A stretch of 64,000 nt of DNA, taken from NCBI GenBank assembly GCA_964016885.1, contig OZ024761.1:18972001-19036000 (forward strand), given 5' to 3'. Every line of letters starts with the position of its first letter. Position 1 is the stretch's first letter. Position numbers and translations under genes: made by a program. This DNA is from Eledone cirrhosa (Eukaryota). The notes below the pieces were generated by a model that saw nothing but the letters and a program-made list of their open reading frames with translations, was not told the DNA's origin and searched no databases. This document shows, piece by piece, positions 41,454 through 56,413 of this stretch.

Positions 41454-41739
41454 ATGTATATATATGTATAAATATCTGCATATATGTGTGTGTGTATGTA
41501 TCTGTATATTTATATGCGTGTATATATATATACATATTTATATATATATATATCATCATCATGATATATATATGTGTGTGTGTGTGGTATATATATTGGT
41601 ATTTTAATTCTACACATTTGGTATATACATTAAATTATAATTCTATACATGTGGTATACATGTTGATATTATAACTGTACATGTGGTATATACGCTGGTA
41701 TTTTAATTCTATACATGTGGTATATACATTGGTATTATA

Positions 41740-42465
41740 ACTCTTGATGTTCTCTACCAGATATTTCATCTTACTCTCATTCATTCTCAGCCCCACACTC
41801 ATCAACCCCTCTGCCTCCTTCACTCTGACCAGAGCTATGTTGTTAGCAAATTCAGCATCTGATATCTTTTTAGCCTTAACTCTCCTGCTCTGAGCCATTA
41901 TTACAGTGAAGCCCGTGTCTTGGTGTTTCTTCAGTGCAAGGTGCATACAATAGTCCATTGCGATGATTAAAAAGGTAGGGAGCCAATGTATCTCCCTGGA
42001 GCACTCCAGCCTGTATCTCAAAGAGCTCTATCATCCTGTCAGGTGTAATGACTCGGGCTCTAGTGTTGGTGTAGAACAGTGATATCACGTCCACTATCTT
42101 CTTGGGGATTCCATAAGCCTGTAAGATCTTCATCATAGTGTTGGTTGGAGTGGGTTAGGGTGTATATTTGGTTAAGGGGGGGGGCCTACTGACTGTAAGG
42201 TTTAACTTTGTACATAAGGGAAGGTGGGTCTTATGTATTACTGCGTAATGCCAAAGGACTCGATCCAGTGACAGAGAGGTGTAAGTGTGCAAGGTCAGAT
42301 TTTATCATGATGTCCCAGGTTTTTCTGGATCTACCTACCATCAATTGGATTGTCCTGCACTTTTTTATACAGCTGTTGTCTTTGATGTGCATCTTATGAC
42401 CATACCAACGTAATCTCCTCTCAAGTAAACAGCATCTGATCTCTCTTATTCCTAATTTCTCACTT
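41740..42465 (-). mobile_element. Two adjacent RTE fragments in the last TAF8 intron
   Basis: ILQAYGIP...GVLQGDTLAPYLF RT piece (41740-42137) and a C-terminal/3' UTR piece like 52900-53200. Confidence 0.85.
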
Positions 42466-42500
42466 AGTTATAACAATGTATATATCTGTGTGTCTTTCAG

Positions 42501-42799
42501 TGATTGCAGTGAAACCCATAATACTGCCTTATCTGAATGCCCTGTTACCGAAGGACCAGGATCTCGATGCCCAGCTCCCAGTACAGAACCAGTGGGCCAA
42601 CATAATGCAGAAGTACAACGAGGAAGGGTCAAAGGATGAAGCCGGCGCCACGGCAACAGGCAACAACACCAGCAGTGGGGGTCATGACTTCGCATCAGAG
42701 AGGTACGAATACTCCCAGGTGGTCTTAGACGTTGACAACGAGGCCATCGACAACCCTTATCTCCGACCTGTGAAACCTCCACGCAAGAAGAGACGATGA
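42501..42799 (+). CDS. TAF8: TAF8 last coding exon (LIAVKPIILPYLNALLP...IDNPYLRPVKPPRKKRR*)
   Basis: TTTCAG acceptor; PYL.ALLP and C-terminal IDNPYLRPVK plus basic NLS are TAF8 hallmarks; spliced CDS totals 873 nt in frame. Confidence 0.95.
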
Positions 42800-43486
42800 G
42801 GGCACTGAGAGAAGGGGGAAAGGGGCGGACAAAGGGGGTTGAAGTTTTTTGGGGTTTTTTTTTAGGGGGATGTTGGTTTTTTTTTTTTTGTTTTGTTTTT
42901 TCTCTGTCAAGAGACTGAAATGTGGGGGACAAAGGAGGGTAGGTTGAGGAGAGTATTGGGTTTTATTTTACCTTCATAGTTAACTGTTGGTTGGATAGGC
43001 TGAGGTGGAGAAGGCTGAGGTTTGCAGGGTTTTAGGGGGTGTTAGCGTTTTTTTTTAAAGGGGGGTTTTGGTGGGTTTTTTTTACTTCATACTTAACTAT
43101 GTTGGTAGGGTTGGGTGGATGGTGAGGTGTGTGGTTGGATGCTTGGGTGGTGGGGTGTGGTGGGTGGTAGATGGGTGATTGGATGCTGGGGTTTGGTGTG
43201 GGTGGGTGATGGGGTACACACCACCAGCTCCAATGACTGAAGTGGCAGGACAAGATGATGAGGGGGTGGAGGGTTTATCTTATGACCAACGCCCAACCCC
43301 CAGGAGTGTAAGTCAGTGGGTGGGGATACTTTATATATTAGGGGTGTGTGGGTGCAGTTGAAAGGACGTTGCTATCGTTCATATGAATACTTCGTGTCAT
43401 GTTATATGTGTGTGTATATATATATGTATATATATGTATGTGTGTATATATAGATACATGTGTGTGTGTATATATAGATACATGTA

Positions 43487-43517
<31 letters not shown>

Positions 43518-43536
43518 CTATATTTAATATAGAAAT

Positions 43537-43587
43537 GGCTTCTACAGGACTAGAACTGTTTCATTCGGGAGAAATCATCAGGAAGTC
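43537..43587 (-). ncRNA. Type I hammerhead (family D); partial copies at 43665 and 53680 (+)
   Basis: GACTTC-CTGATGA-TTTCTCCCGAAT-GAAACAG...CTGTA-GAAGCC. Confidence 0.75.
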
Positions 43588-43775
43588 CTATATATATATA
43601 TATATATATATACACGTGTGTCTGTGTATATATATATAGATAGATAGATAGATAGATACACTTTGAATGAAACAGTACTAGTCCTGTAGAAGCCATTTCT
43701 ATGTTAAATATGTATACTCTGCTATGTATTGAGTACCTTACTTACTGTGGTTACCCCCCGATTGAACCTGGGACA

Positions 43776-43887
<112 letters not shown>

Positions 43888-44076
43888 CAATAGTGACAAA
43901 AACAGATACTTAGGTTTCGTTGGGTTCTGGACTCCAACATATGACAAGCTAAATGAGTTGGGGTCCAGAACCCAACAAAACTTAAGTACCTGTTTATGTC
44001 ACTGTTGTAATTATTTATACTAAACTCATCCTATGGACTGAGTGCTCTTACTCTTGGATATTTCTACCAAACTTTT

Positions 44077-44118
<42 letters not shown>

Positions 44119-44972
44119 AAGAAGGTGTTGTAAGATACCAGGTGGACCATAACGCACCAGAGTACTCGATACTTAGGGTAGTAGAGTGGGTAATAGGAAA
44201 AGAGTCAGGACCCCTACGGCTGCTTTCACCCTTAATGGGATCTTCTGAAACTAAAAAAAAAACAATGTGTGAACGCAGAAGTAAATATTCTGTTACTTTA
44301 ATAAAGATTTGTTCTAGGTTTCTTATATATTTGATATATATTTATCCTTATCGAGCCCGCTTTGGATTATAGTCTTCACATTTATTATTATTATTAGTAT
44401 ATATTGAGCTATTTTTCTTACTGGTAATTTACTCAGTTTACTCAGCTGTAGAAATGAGATGATAGGGACTGGAGTCCCTATCATTCCACTGTAAAGTGGT
44501 CGTGGAGGTGCCACGGCAAAAAAAGCACCTACCACTCACTGTAAATGAGGTTGGTGTTAGGAAGGGCATCCAGCTGTAGAAATCAAGCCAGAATCAGTTC
44601 TCGTCCCACCCTTGCAAGCAGGGAAAAAGCGGACGTAAAATGAAATGAAGAAAATGAAATGATAATAAGGTGGTAAGGAATTACTGAACTTTCCTGTTTA
44701 TAATTATATATAGTGTATATATAAGTATAAATAATATTATTATTATTATTATTATTTCTAGCATAGTTACGGCCCTTTACGATCTGAGTTCAAATCCTGC
44801 CAAGGTTAACTTTGCCTTTCATCCTTATGGGGTCGATAAAATAAAGTACCAGTAATGTACTGGGCAATTGCTGGCCTTGTGCCAAATGTAGAAACAATTA
44901 TTACTATATATATATATATATATATTATTCAAAATATTAACAAATGAAAAATATTCACATAATCAAAATATA

Positions 44973-45042
44973 TACTTTATTATATATATTTCAAAGGTAC
45001 TGTGGTGTTTTTTTTTTCAGTACGTCCTCATCAGACAAAATA
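44973..45042 (-). ncRNA. Type I hammerhead ribozyme (family B)
   Basis: TATTTTGT-CTGATGA-GGACGTACTG...CAGTACCTTT-GAAATATATATA-ATAAAGTA; stem I changes are G.U-compatible. Confidence 0.78.
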
Positions 45043-45079
45043 TATGACATACCGCTACGGTCTTGATTATTCAATTCCC

Positions 45080-45137
<58 letters not shown>

Positions 45138-45197
45138 AACAAGTATGACTCCGACGGCAGAGCTCAAACCGTTTCGACGGCTAATTCTGGACTAAAT

Positions 45198-45266
<69 letters not shown>

Positions 45267-45435
45267 TATATATAGGGAAATTCTGTTATAACGAAATTCA
45301 CAGGGTATAAAAAAATTTGTTGTAACGGAAACTTCTTTATAACGAGATCTACCTAACACATCGAATGTGTGGCTGGGGATTGAAAAGAATTTTATTATAC
45401 TGAAAAATGTGTTATAATGGTATTTTACCTATATA

Positions 45436-45491
<56 letters not shown>

Positions 45492-45603
45492 CAGAGTCAG
45501 GACACCAATGGCTGAGCTCCAGCCGTTTCGACAGCTACTACCCTAAGTATTGAGTACTCTGGTGCGTTATGGTCCACCTGGTATCTTACCACACCTTATT
45601 TGT

Positions 45604-45639
<36 letters not shown>

Positions 45640-45709
45640 AATGTGTGTATATATACATGTAGTATATATATACACCTATATATATATAAATATATGTGCA
45701 TGTAGTATA

Positions 45710-45740
<31 letters not shown>

Positions 45741-45797
45741 CATGTAGTATATATATACACACATATATATATATATATATACATGTAGTATATATAT

Positions 45798-45847
<50 letters not shown>

Positions 45848-46081
45848 ACATATACATGTAGTGTATATATATATACACATATATATATATAAATATATAT
45901 GCATGTAGTATAATATATATATATATATGTAAATAAGTATAATATATATATATACATGTAGTATATATATACACACACATATATATATATATATATGTGT
46001 GTGTATATATACACATATATATGCATGTAGTATAATATATATATATATAAATGTGTGTATATATACATGTAGTATATATAT

Positions 46082-46146
<65 letters not shown>

Positions 46147-46216
46147 AATGTGTGTATATATACATGTAGTGTATATATATATATATACACATATATATAT
46201 AGATATATATATATGA

Positions 46217-46257
<41 letters not shown>

Positions 46258-46476
46258 CATACACACTATACATTTCATACATGAATCTCATGTTACAGTA
46301 AAATGACCCCCTGCCCCAAATGTTTCTAAAGAAATAAATGAAATGACATTGACGCCGTGTATTGACTACTCTTTTCTTTTGCTTGTAACATAAATGAATA
46401 TATGTACATTCTTTTAGTAGGAAGGGTTGATAAAGAAAGCTTTAGTCCATTGCTGCTGCAGACTTCTCACTCTCTC

Positions 46477-46529
<53 letters not shown>

Positions 46530-46847
46530 TATGTATGTATGTGTATATATATATATATATGTATGTATGTGTGTGTATATATATATATATACATATGTAT
46601 GTATGTATATGTATGTATGTGTATATATATATATATGTGTGTATGTATGTACACACATATATATATATATATATGTGTATATATATATATATATATACAT
46701 ATGTATGTATGTATATGTATGTATGTATGTATATATATATATATATATGTATATGTGTATATATATGATTATATATGTATGTATGTATGTGTATATATAT
46801 ATGTATGTATGTGTATATATATGTGTATGTATATATATATGTATGTG

Positions 46848-46887
<40 letters not shown>

Positions 46888-46955
46888 TGTGTGTGTGTAT
46901 GTATATATGTTTGTATATATGTATGTATGTGTATGTATATATATATATATGTATG

Positions 46956-47003
<48 letters not shown>

Positions 47004-47061
47004 TATGTATATATGTTTGTATATATGTATGTATGTGTATGTATATATATATATATGTATG

Positions 47062-47099
<38 letters not shown>

Positions 47100-47172
47100 T
47101 GTGTGTGTGTATGTATATATGTTTGCAGTATATATGTATGTATGTGTATGTATATATATATATATATGTATG

Positions 47173-47210
<38 letters not shown>

Positions 47211-47239
47211 TGTGTGTGTGTATGTATATATGTTTGCAG

Positions 47240-47277
<38 letters not shown>

Positions 47278-47301
47278 TGTGTGTATGTATATATGTTTGC
47301 A

Positions 47302-47342
<41 letters not shown>

Positions 47343-49107
47343 ATCAGAGATGTGAAGTGTTCCACATTTCATGGCAATGTGTCAGTGTGAATCAGGATGT
47401 TGCTGGGGGAAAGTGTGAGAAATGACAACAGTGCACTCAGCACCACTGCTGCTCAAAAGAAAGAGGCCTGGAAATGTTACTATGAGGGACCGATGAATGG
47501 GAGGATGTGAGACTAACCCCCAACTTACCCAGCAGAAGGACCAGCTATTGAAGTTGTGAGAGTTATGGGGTTAAAGAAGTTATCAAGGAGATGAAGACTG
47601 GTAAAGCTGTGGAACCATCAGAGCTAGTTGCTGTGATGCTGAAAAGATTGGGAGAAGTAGGAGTTGAACTAGTAACCCCCATAGTCAAAGAAGTAATAAA
47701 GGGCTGAGTCATGCCCAATGACTGGCACAACAGTACCATCTTAAATTGCTACAAGGGTAAATGTGATGTTCTAGATAGGAGCAAATATAGAAGAATAAAA
47801 CTAATGGACCAGGTTATGAAAGTGATGGAGAGTGTTCTAGCACAGCTAATTAGAGAAAGAGTCAAATTAAACGAGATGCAGTTTGGTTTCATGCCTGGGA
47901 AAAGTTCTACAGATGCCCTCTTTTTAGTAAGACAACTACAAGAGAAGTTCCTAGCCAAGAATAATCTGCTATATGTAGCTTTTGTTGATCTAGAAAACAC
48001 CTTTGACAGAGTTCCTCAATCCATTATCTGGTGGTCCCTAAGGAAATTAGGTGTAGAAGAATGGCTTATAAGAGCAATTCAAGCCAGGTATAGAGGAGCT
48101 GTCAGTGAAGTGAGTTTAGCAAAGAATTCAAGGTACAGGTAGGTGTTAAAGGTTCAGTTCTTAACCCATCGTTGTTCATCATAGTTCTCCAGGCCATAAC
48201 AGAGAAATTTAAGACTGGCTGCCCATGGGAACTTCTCTATGCAGATGATCTGATCTTTATGGCTGAACCCATAAAAGAATTAGAGAATAAATTCCGACTT
48301 TGAAAACAAAATTTGGAATCAAAGGGTCTGAGAGTAAACTTAGCCAAAACTAAAGTGCAATTAAGTAACAGCGAAGGACTCTGATTCTCCCAGGGAAGTG
48401 ACCTGCTCAATATATAGAAAAGGAGTAGACAAACTCTATATGATGTACACAATACAAATCTTAGGATAATAGTAGTGGGATAATGGGTAGACTAACAGGA
48501 AGGGAACACTGTAGAAGATGCACAGTGGTACCAGTGATATAAACTTTTTTCCAATTACACAAAGGATCCATAGAAGTGGTTGATAGATTCTGTTATCTAG
48601 GTGACCTAATTATCAGTGGAGGAGGGTGCTCTGAGAACACAATAGCTAGAATAAGGATAGGATGGAAGAAGTTTATAGAGCTATTCCCATTGTTGTCAAC
48701 AAAATGCTTTCCTCTGCATACAAAAGGACAACTTTATGATGCTGGGGTGCGAAGTGTGACACTTCTTGGTAGTGAAACATGGGCTGTGGCTGCAGAGGAC
48801 AGGCATAGGTTGGGGAGAAGGGAATCAACAATGCTTTGTTGGATGTGCAATGTAAATGGGAGAGAAAAGCAGAGCTTGGATGAACTGAGGGAGAAACTGG
48901 GTTTAAGAGGAATCAGAAGTGGTATGGACATGTGATGTATATGGATGAAAGTTGCTGAGTGAAGAGGTAGACCAAGGAAGACCTGGGATGAGACGGTGAG
49001 AAATGATCTCAATTTGTTGAGACTCACAGAGGAGATGACGAAGAAATGTGATGAGTGGAGAGGGGTTGTGCTGAAAATGACCCGCTAAACTCCTGCAAGC
49101 AATGATG
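47343..49107 (+). mobile_element. Decayed RTE LINE (RT pseudogene)
   Basis: ORF pieces 47711-48142 and 48576-48935 are homologous to the 24078 RT; YADD at about 48238; many stops and frameshifts. Confidence 0.92.
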
Positions 49108-49569
49108 ATATATATATATATGTACATGTATGTACATATATTTATAGTAATAATAAATGTGAAGACTAAAATCCGAAGAGGGCTTGAAAAGATCCCATTT
49201 CAGAAGGTCCCGTAAAAGGGTGAAAGCAACGATTCTTTGCTTAAACTTTAATCTGTACATATAATAAATATATATATATATGTGTGTGTGTGTTTTTACA
49301 TATACAGAAAAACTGACATACATATAGATGTGTGAATATATACATATATATATATATACACACACCTCTCAAGACAACGTCACTGGATCAAGATCTTTGG
49401 CGCGCTATGCAGTAATTCAGAAGACCTGCTTCCCTTACATACGATCTTAAACCTACAGTCAGTAGGCACCTCTTAACCCAATATACACCCCACACACCCT
49501 ACTCAATTCTCCCACTTCCGCCCACACCACCCTTTCTCCGTAAAGTTATGTTGGTACCACAGAACATCC

Positions 49570-50172
49570 AGTCCTCACTGTAAAGTGATCATGTAGGAGA
49601 CACGACAAAAAGCTCCCAGTCCACACTGTAAGGTGGTCGTGGAGGAGACACGGTAAAAAAGGCTCCCAGTCCACACTGTAAGGTGGTCGTGGAGGAGACA
49701 CGGTAAAAAAGGCTCCCAGTCCACACTGTAAGGTGGTCGTGGAGGAGACACGGTAAAAAAGGTCCCAGTCCACACTGTAAGGTGGTCGTGGAGGAGACAC
49801 GGTAAAAAAGCTCCCAGTCCACACTGTAAGGTGGTCGTGGAGGAGACACGGTAAAAAAAGCTCCCGGTCCACACTGTAAGGTGGTCGTGGAGGAGACACG
49901 GTAAAAAAGGCTCCCAGTCCACACTGTAAGGTGGTCGTGGAGGAGACACGGTAAAAAAGGCTCCCAGTCCACACTGTAAGGTGGTCGTGGAGGAGACACG
50001 GTAAAAAAGCTCCCAGTCCACACTGTAAGGTGGTCGTGGAGGAGACACGGTAAAAAAGCTCCCAGTCCACACTGTAAGGTGGTCGTGGAGGAGACACGGT
50101 AAAAAAGCTCCCAGTCCACACTGTAAGGTGGTCGTGGAGGAGGTCATGTAGGAGACACGGTAAAAAGGCTCC
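49570..50172 (+). repeat. 49-50-bp minisatellite derived from the RTE 3' UTR; related array 39795-40105 (-)
   Basis: CTCCCAGTCCACACTGTAAGGTGGTCGTGGAGGAGACACGGTAAAAAAG about 11 times, following an RTE 3' fragment. Confidence 0.9.
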
Positions 50173-50200
50173 ACACACACACACACCCAGATATATGTAT

Positions 50201-50254
<54 letters not shown>

Positions 50255-50817
50255 ATATATACATATAGAGAGATAGATACATACACACACAGTTAAATAA
50301 CAGCCCATAGCAAATGGCCAATTGGTGTGAAGTAATTTTGCTGATTTATTTGAAAATTTAAAGTCTCACCTTTCAATGTACTTTCAAGTTATTTTGTTTA
50401 AGGAGACATTTCCTCGTAAAATGACTGACTAAAACACCTGTCATGTCTCTTTTTGTGGTATGTATGTGTGTGTCATCATCATTATCATCATCATTTTACT
50501 TTAGCTTTTCCCTGCTTGCAAGGGTGGGATGGGAACTGATTCTGGCTTGATTTCTACAGCTGGATGCCCTTCCTAACACCAACCTCATTTACAGTGAGTG
50601 CTGGGTGCTTTTTTGCCTCCACGACCACTTTGCAGTGGAATGATATGGACCCCAGTCCCTATCATTTCATTTCTACAGCTGAGTAAACTAAAGCAATGTG
50701 AAATAAAGAGTCTTGCTCAAGGAAACAACACATCACCTGGTCTGAGAATTGAACTCACAACCTTTCAATTGCAAGGCCAATGCTCTAACTACTAAGCCAT
50801 GTGCCTATATATATATA

Positions 50818-52120
50818 CGAGGTATGACAGAAAAGTTCCAGGACTGATGTCACAAAAAATGTATTTCAAACCCAAACTTCACACTAAGAGTTTTCTCCTT
50901 CAAAGTAATCCCCTTGGAGTATGTAACTGTAATCTTAGCTCTCTGCAGCAATCAAACTTTTTTCTTCATAATTTTAAATACATGTCCTCTGTTTCAGGTT
51001 GTCAAGCAATGAGCACAGAGCAACGAACAAACTTGAAGTTTCTGGTACGGTTGGGGAAAACTCCGTCAGAAGCACTGGGATTGCTGCAGCAAGTGTATGG
51101 AGATGAGACGATGTGACACTCACGTGTTTTTGAGTGGTGCAAGAGGTTTAAAGAAGGGCACGAGGACGTGGAAGATGACCCCAGGAGCAGAAGGCCCTCA
51201 ACAACCAGGACTGAGGTCAACGTTGAGCGCGTCAGGCAGATGATGCATAGCGATCGTCGGCTGACTGTTCGACTGATGGCAAATGAGCTGGGCATGAATC
51301 GGGACAGCGTCTGGAAGATTCTCACTGAAGATTTGGACATGCAGAAAGTCTGCGCGAAGATGGTGCCAAAACTGCTGAACGATGACCAGAATGGTCGACA
51401 CATGCAAGTGTGCCAGGACATTCTCGAGCGTCTTGAAACCGAACCAGACTTGCTAGGGTCAGTCATCACCAGTGATGAGTCATGGCTCTTAGAGTACGAC
51501 TCGGAAACCAAACACCAGAGCCTTCAGTGGAAGAGTCCATCGTCGCCAAGGCCGAAGAAAGCACGACAGTCGAAGTCCAAAGTCAAGGTCATGTTGATCA
51601 CATTCTTCGATGTGAGGGGGATCGTCCACTGCGAGTTCTTGCCACAGGGCCAGACAATCAACCAACATGTCTACAAAGAGATACTGCAGTGTTTGCTTCA
51701 TTCAGTGCGTGAGAAGAGGCGAGACTTGTGGCAGGACAACTCGTGGCTGCTTCACCATGACAACGCGCCTGCTCACAATGCTCTGAGCATCCGACAGTTC
51801 CTGGCCGAGAAGAACACTGTCGTGCTGGAGCAACCTCCCTACTCCCCCGACCTGGCTCCGTGTGATTTTTTCCTATTCCCCAAGCTCAAGGGGGATCATC
51901 AAGGGGACCTGTTTTGAAGACGTGGACGACATCAAAAAGGCCGTGACGACGAAACTGGGGAGGATCCCGGAAGAATCCTTCCAGGAGTGCATGTAAGTGT
52001 GGCAGAAAAGGATGGAAAAGTGCATTAGACTCCAGGGGGATTACTTTGAAGGAGAAAACTCTTAGTGTGAAGTGTGGGTTTGAAATAAATCTTTTGTGGC
52101 ATCAGTCCTGGAACACCTCA
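50818..52120 (+). mobile_element. Mariner (DD34D) DNA transposon, near full length, inactive
   Basis: TA flanks; about 100-bp imperfect TIRs; transposase from ATG 51009 with HTH, DES, HDNA, YSPDLAPCD; stop at 51114 and frameshift near 51895. Confidence 0.95.
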
Positions 52121-52361
52121 TATAGTTCGGAATAACAGAAAACAAAATACAAACGCACAAGTAAATGTTACAAATATTATTAGTTTCACACTTGGTGAGA
52201 GTGGGATGTGTGGTTGCGACATGTGTGTGTGTGTGTATGGAACGGGCTGTTGAAATGGCAAGAGCTCAGCCATTGGGGTCCTGACTCCTTCATATATGTA
52301 TAACAAGACCGTTTATTCAATGCTTTAGTAGTAATATACTGTAGTAATATACTGTAGTAAT

Positions 52362-53556
52362 AGACCGGGAAATGGCCATGCTCAGTGTGTAGGAAAGGCG
52401 TAGGTAGAAACTCCATTTTATGTCCCAAGTGCAAAGTATGGGTGCATAAAAGATGTAGTGGGATCACAGGTAAGCTAACTAAGAACATAGATTTTACATG
52501 TGGCCGGTGCTCTGGTGCAATAAGTAGCAGCAAGTGCCCACAAAATACTAGCTCTTTCAACTGCGCAGAGGGCTCTATAGAAATAGTGGACAGCTTCCGT
52601 TACCTGGGTGACAAAATCAGCAGTGGGGGAGGGTGCTCTGAAAGTACAGTAGCTAGAGTCAGAACTGGATGGAAAAAGTTCAGAGAGCTTATACCACTAT
52701 TAGCCGCTAAAGAGTTCTCCCTAAAAATGAAAGGCAGGTTGTATGATGCCTGCATACGAACAGCAATGTTGCATGGCAGTGAGACCTGGGCATTGTGTGC
52801 AGAGGATATACGCAGACTAGAGAGGAACGAAGCTTGCATGCTCCGCTGGATGTGTAATAGTAATATACGTGAACGGCAAAGCATAAACGAACTAAAGAAA
52901 AAATTAGAAATAAGAGGGATCAGATGTTGTTTACTCGAGAGAAGGCTACGTTGGTATGGACACGTGATGCGCATGAAAGTCGATAGCTGTATAACAAAGT
53001 GCAGGGCAATAAAGATAGACGGTAGCCACGGAATAGGCAGACCTAGAAAAACCTGGGACGAGCTGATAAACTCCGACCTCACACACTTACACCTCTCCAA
53101 GACAATGTCACTGGACCGAGACCTTTGGCGGTACTCAGTAATAGAGAAGACCCGCCTTACCTAAATACATAGTAAAACCTACTACAGTCAGTAGGCATCT
53201 CTAACAAAATACACCCCCGTCCCACCCACCCACCCCACCCCATCCACACTACCCCCTTCTATGTAAAGTTATGTTGGTGCCACACCATCCAGGCCGAAAC
53301 AAATGAGATCGTGTAGGTGTCACGACAAAAAAACACACAGTCCACGCTGTAATGTGGCCGTGTAGGCAACACGGTTAAAAACCTCCCAGACCCACACTGT
53401 AAATGTGGTTGGTGTTAGGAAGGGCATCCAACTGTAGAAAACCTGCCAGACAGTCCTATGCGAGCAAGACAATCACTCTTGCCTCAAGTGGGAAAACCCC
53501 CATCCAAACCCATGCAAGCGTGGAACACGGACGTTAAACGTTGATGATGATGATGA
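52362..53556 (+). mobile_element. RTE LINE 3' portion with 3' UTR and (GAT)n tail
   Basis: ORF 52385-53164 closely resembles the C-terminal half of the 24078 ORF; same tail motifs. Confidence 0.93.
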
Positions 53557-53857
53557 CTGTGTTGTAATGTTGTGTAGTGTGTTTTGTAATGTTGTGTTGT
53601 AATGTTATGAGGTGTGATGAACACAACCACAAGGATATAGTCCGAACGTGGAAGAGCCGAAAAATGGACGTACGATGATGATGATTTATCCCGAATGAAA
53701 CAGTTCTAGTCCTGTAGAAGCCATTTGTATATTATATATATATATATATATAGTGGTGGAACACTGGAAGGTAATATCCGTAGTGGTAGAGCACTCAGTC
53801 CATGGGACGAGTTAGGTAGAAGTGGTTACACAACAGTTAGTTCACCATACCGAGAAC

Positions 53858-53952
<95 letters not shown>

Positions 53953-54446
53953 CATGGGCAGGGCCCCAGCCGGATGGCTTATGCAAATAAAAGAGTAAAA
54001 GAGATATATATATAACTGGGTGACAAAGGAGTGGGTGTTTGTTTATAAATAGAATAAAAATACCCACCGTGACACCCCCACCTCTCCCGCGACCACCCCC
54101 GACCTTCCACCTCGACGCCACTCCTTCTTAACCGTCACACACTACACGTACACCATTTTGACTTTTACAAAGCCTGCAGATTAGTTTTATTAGGTGAAAC
54201 GAATAAGTGTTTTAATTATTTCGTTTTTAGCCAATTAGAGAAGAGATTGATCGTGGGTGGGGGTGGGGGAAGGAAAGATAAAGGCTGAAGCTAGCGCTTG
54301 TCTATTTATAGATATTACGTCATCTAGTGGTGTTTGTTTATTTAAACTACATGATGTCATTTCTATATATAGATACATGACAGTCCGTCTGTCAGCCAGA
54401 AAAAGAGTGTGACAGACAGATAGACAAACAGACAGACACAGAGATA

Positions 54447-55055
54447 TGTTTCTTTTATTTGCCACTAGGGCATCAAAAGTGGGACAAGTACAAAGGGGGG
54501 GGGGTTACACAAAAAGGCGTCCTCAATAAGGAGGAGGCAATAACAAAATATAAAAATAAAATAAGATATAACAAAAAATAAAATTTATAACAAAATCCTC
54601 AATAGAGAGGAGGCGCCTTGGGGGGTCGCACACACCCCCGAAAAAAGTGTGCAACCCTTCTCCTCAGGAGCACAGAGAAGGGGTGCTCCCTTGGTCTTTC
54701 ATCTTCCTCACCTATAGTCTGATGTAGAGTGAAGGCCCATTCACACGGGCCATTCTCGCCACTTTCACCCATCTTTCATAGAAACGGCTGGGGTGCAGCA
54801 CCTCTCTCTCCATCCTGATCCTTCTTCCGAAATGATATCGGAAGAAACGGACCAGTTGTTGGCCAGAGAGAAAGGTGCCTGACCTCAGTCCTTTCAGATG
54901 CGTCCACCATACAACCTCTTTCGCCATGGCTATTACGCACAGAAACACCGCCTCTGCTTCATCTTTGAAAGGGGGAGGCGGCTTGATCATTACAATAGAC
55001 TCGGTGGTCAACCGGATCGGTCCCACCCTTGACAGCAGTTGTTCGACATAGCCCC
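54447..55055 (-). mobile_element. 3' end of an L1/Tx1-like non-LTR element (copy 3, longest)
   Basis: VWGYVEQLLSRVG...KEVVWWTHLKGL...NGPSLYIRL* plus 3' UTR. Confidence 0.65.
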
Positions 55056-55113
55056 ACACAGAGATAGATAGAGAGACAGAGAGAGAGAGAGAAACAGATT
55101 GATAGATAGATAA

Positions 55114-55163
<50 letters not shown>

Positions 55164-55256
55164 CGAAAGAGAGAGAGAAAGAAAGAGACAGACAGAGAGA
55201 GAGACTGAGAGACAAAGACAGCGAGAGAGAAAGACATACAAATAGAGAAAGTAGAC

Positions 55257-55291
<35 letters not shown>

Positions 55292-55754
55292 GATTGATAG
55301 ATAGATAAATAGAGAGAGAGAGAGACACACACACAGCGAAAGAGAGAGAGAAAAAAAGAGACAGAGAGAGAGACTGAGAGACAAAGACAGCGAGAGAGAA
55401 AGACATACACAAATAGAGAAAGGGGGAGTATGAGAGAGAGACAGAGGCAGGCGGAGTGTGAGAGAGAGAGACAGAGAGAGATGTAAATGTTTGTTTATAC
55501 ATATATATATATTTTATATTCTTTGCGGCCATGCTGGGGCACTGCCTTGAATTTTTTTTCTGTTCTTTAGTCGATAATATTGACCCCAGGACATATTTCT
55601 TTCTTCCAAGCCCTGGTACTACTTATTTTAGCGATCTCGTTTTGACGAACCGCTAGATTACAGGATGTAAACAAACGTAAACATAGGAAAGGATAAACAC
55701 AGAGGCACGTGTGTGTATGTATCGAGGGAGTGAGAGAGGTGGAATAGTGAAGGC

Positions 55755-55812
<58 letters not shown>

Positions 55813-55959
55813 AACAGAGGGAGAGAACGACAGAGAGATAAAGAGATAGAGAAAGATAGAGAGCAACAGAGAGAGAGAACGACAGAGAGATAAAGAGGGA
55901 GAGAGAGATCGGGTGGACAGGGAGAGAGATAGAGAGCGACAGAGAGATAGGTTGAGAAC

Positions 55960-55996
<37 letters not shown>

Positions 55997-56413
55997 GTTA
56001 AGAACAAAAGAGAGAGAGAGGTTAAGAACAAAAAGGAGAGAGAGAGGTTAAGAACGAAAGAGAGAGAGAGGTTAAGAACAAAAAAGAGAGAGCGGTTAAG
56101 AACGAAAGAGAGAGAGAGAGAGGTTAAGAACGAAAGAGAGAGAGAGAGAGGGGTTAAGAACGAAAGAGAGAGAGAGAGAGAGGGGTTAAGAACGAAAGAG
56201 AGAGAGAGAGAGAGAGGGGTTAAGAACGAAAGAGAGAGAGAGAGAGGTTAAGAACGAAAGAGAGACAGAGAGAGAGGAAGGCATTAAGAACGAGAGAGGA
56301 AGAGATTAAGAACGAAAGAGAAAGAGAGAAAGAGATTTCCACTATACAAGTAATAGGCTGAGATACATAATTCTATATAAGCCATCTTGAATTGGTTTAA
56401 TTGAAGCACAGTT

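Noticed and set aside
49570-50172. CRISPR-like regular repeats
   Set aside because: No unique spacers, no cas genes, eukaryotic DNA; unit derives from the RTE 3' UTR
51168-51917. Domesticated SETMAR-like gene
   Set aside because: No SET domain; stop and frameshift; TIRs and TA flanks mark a plain transposon
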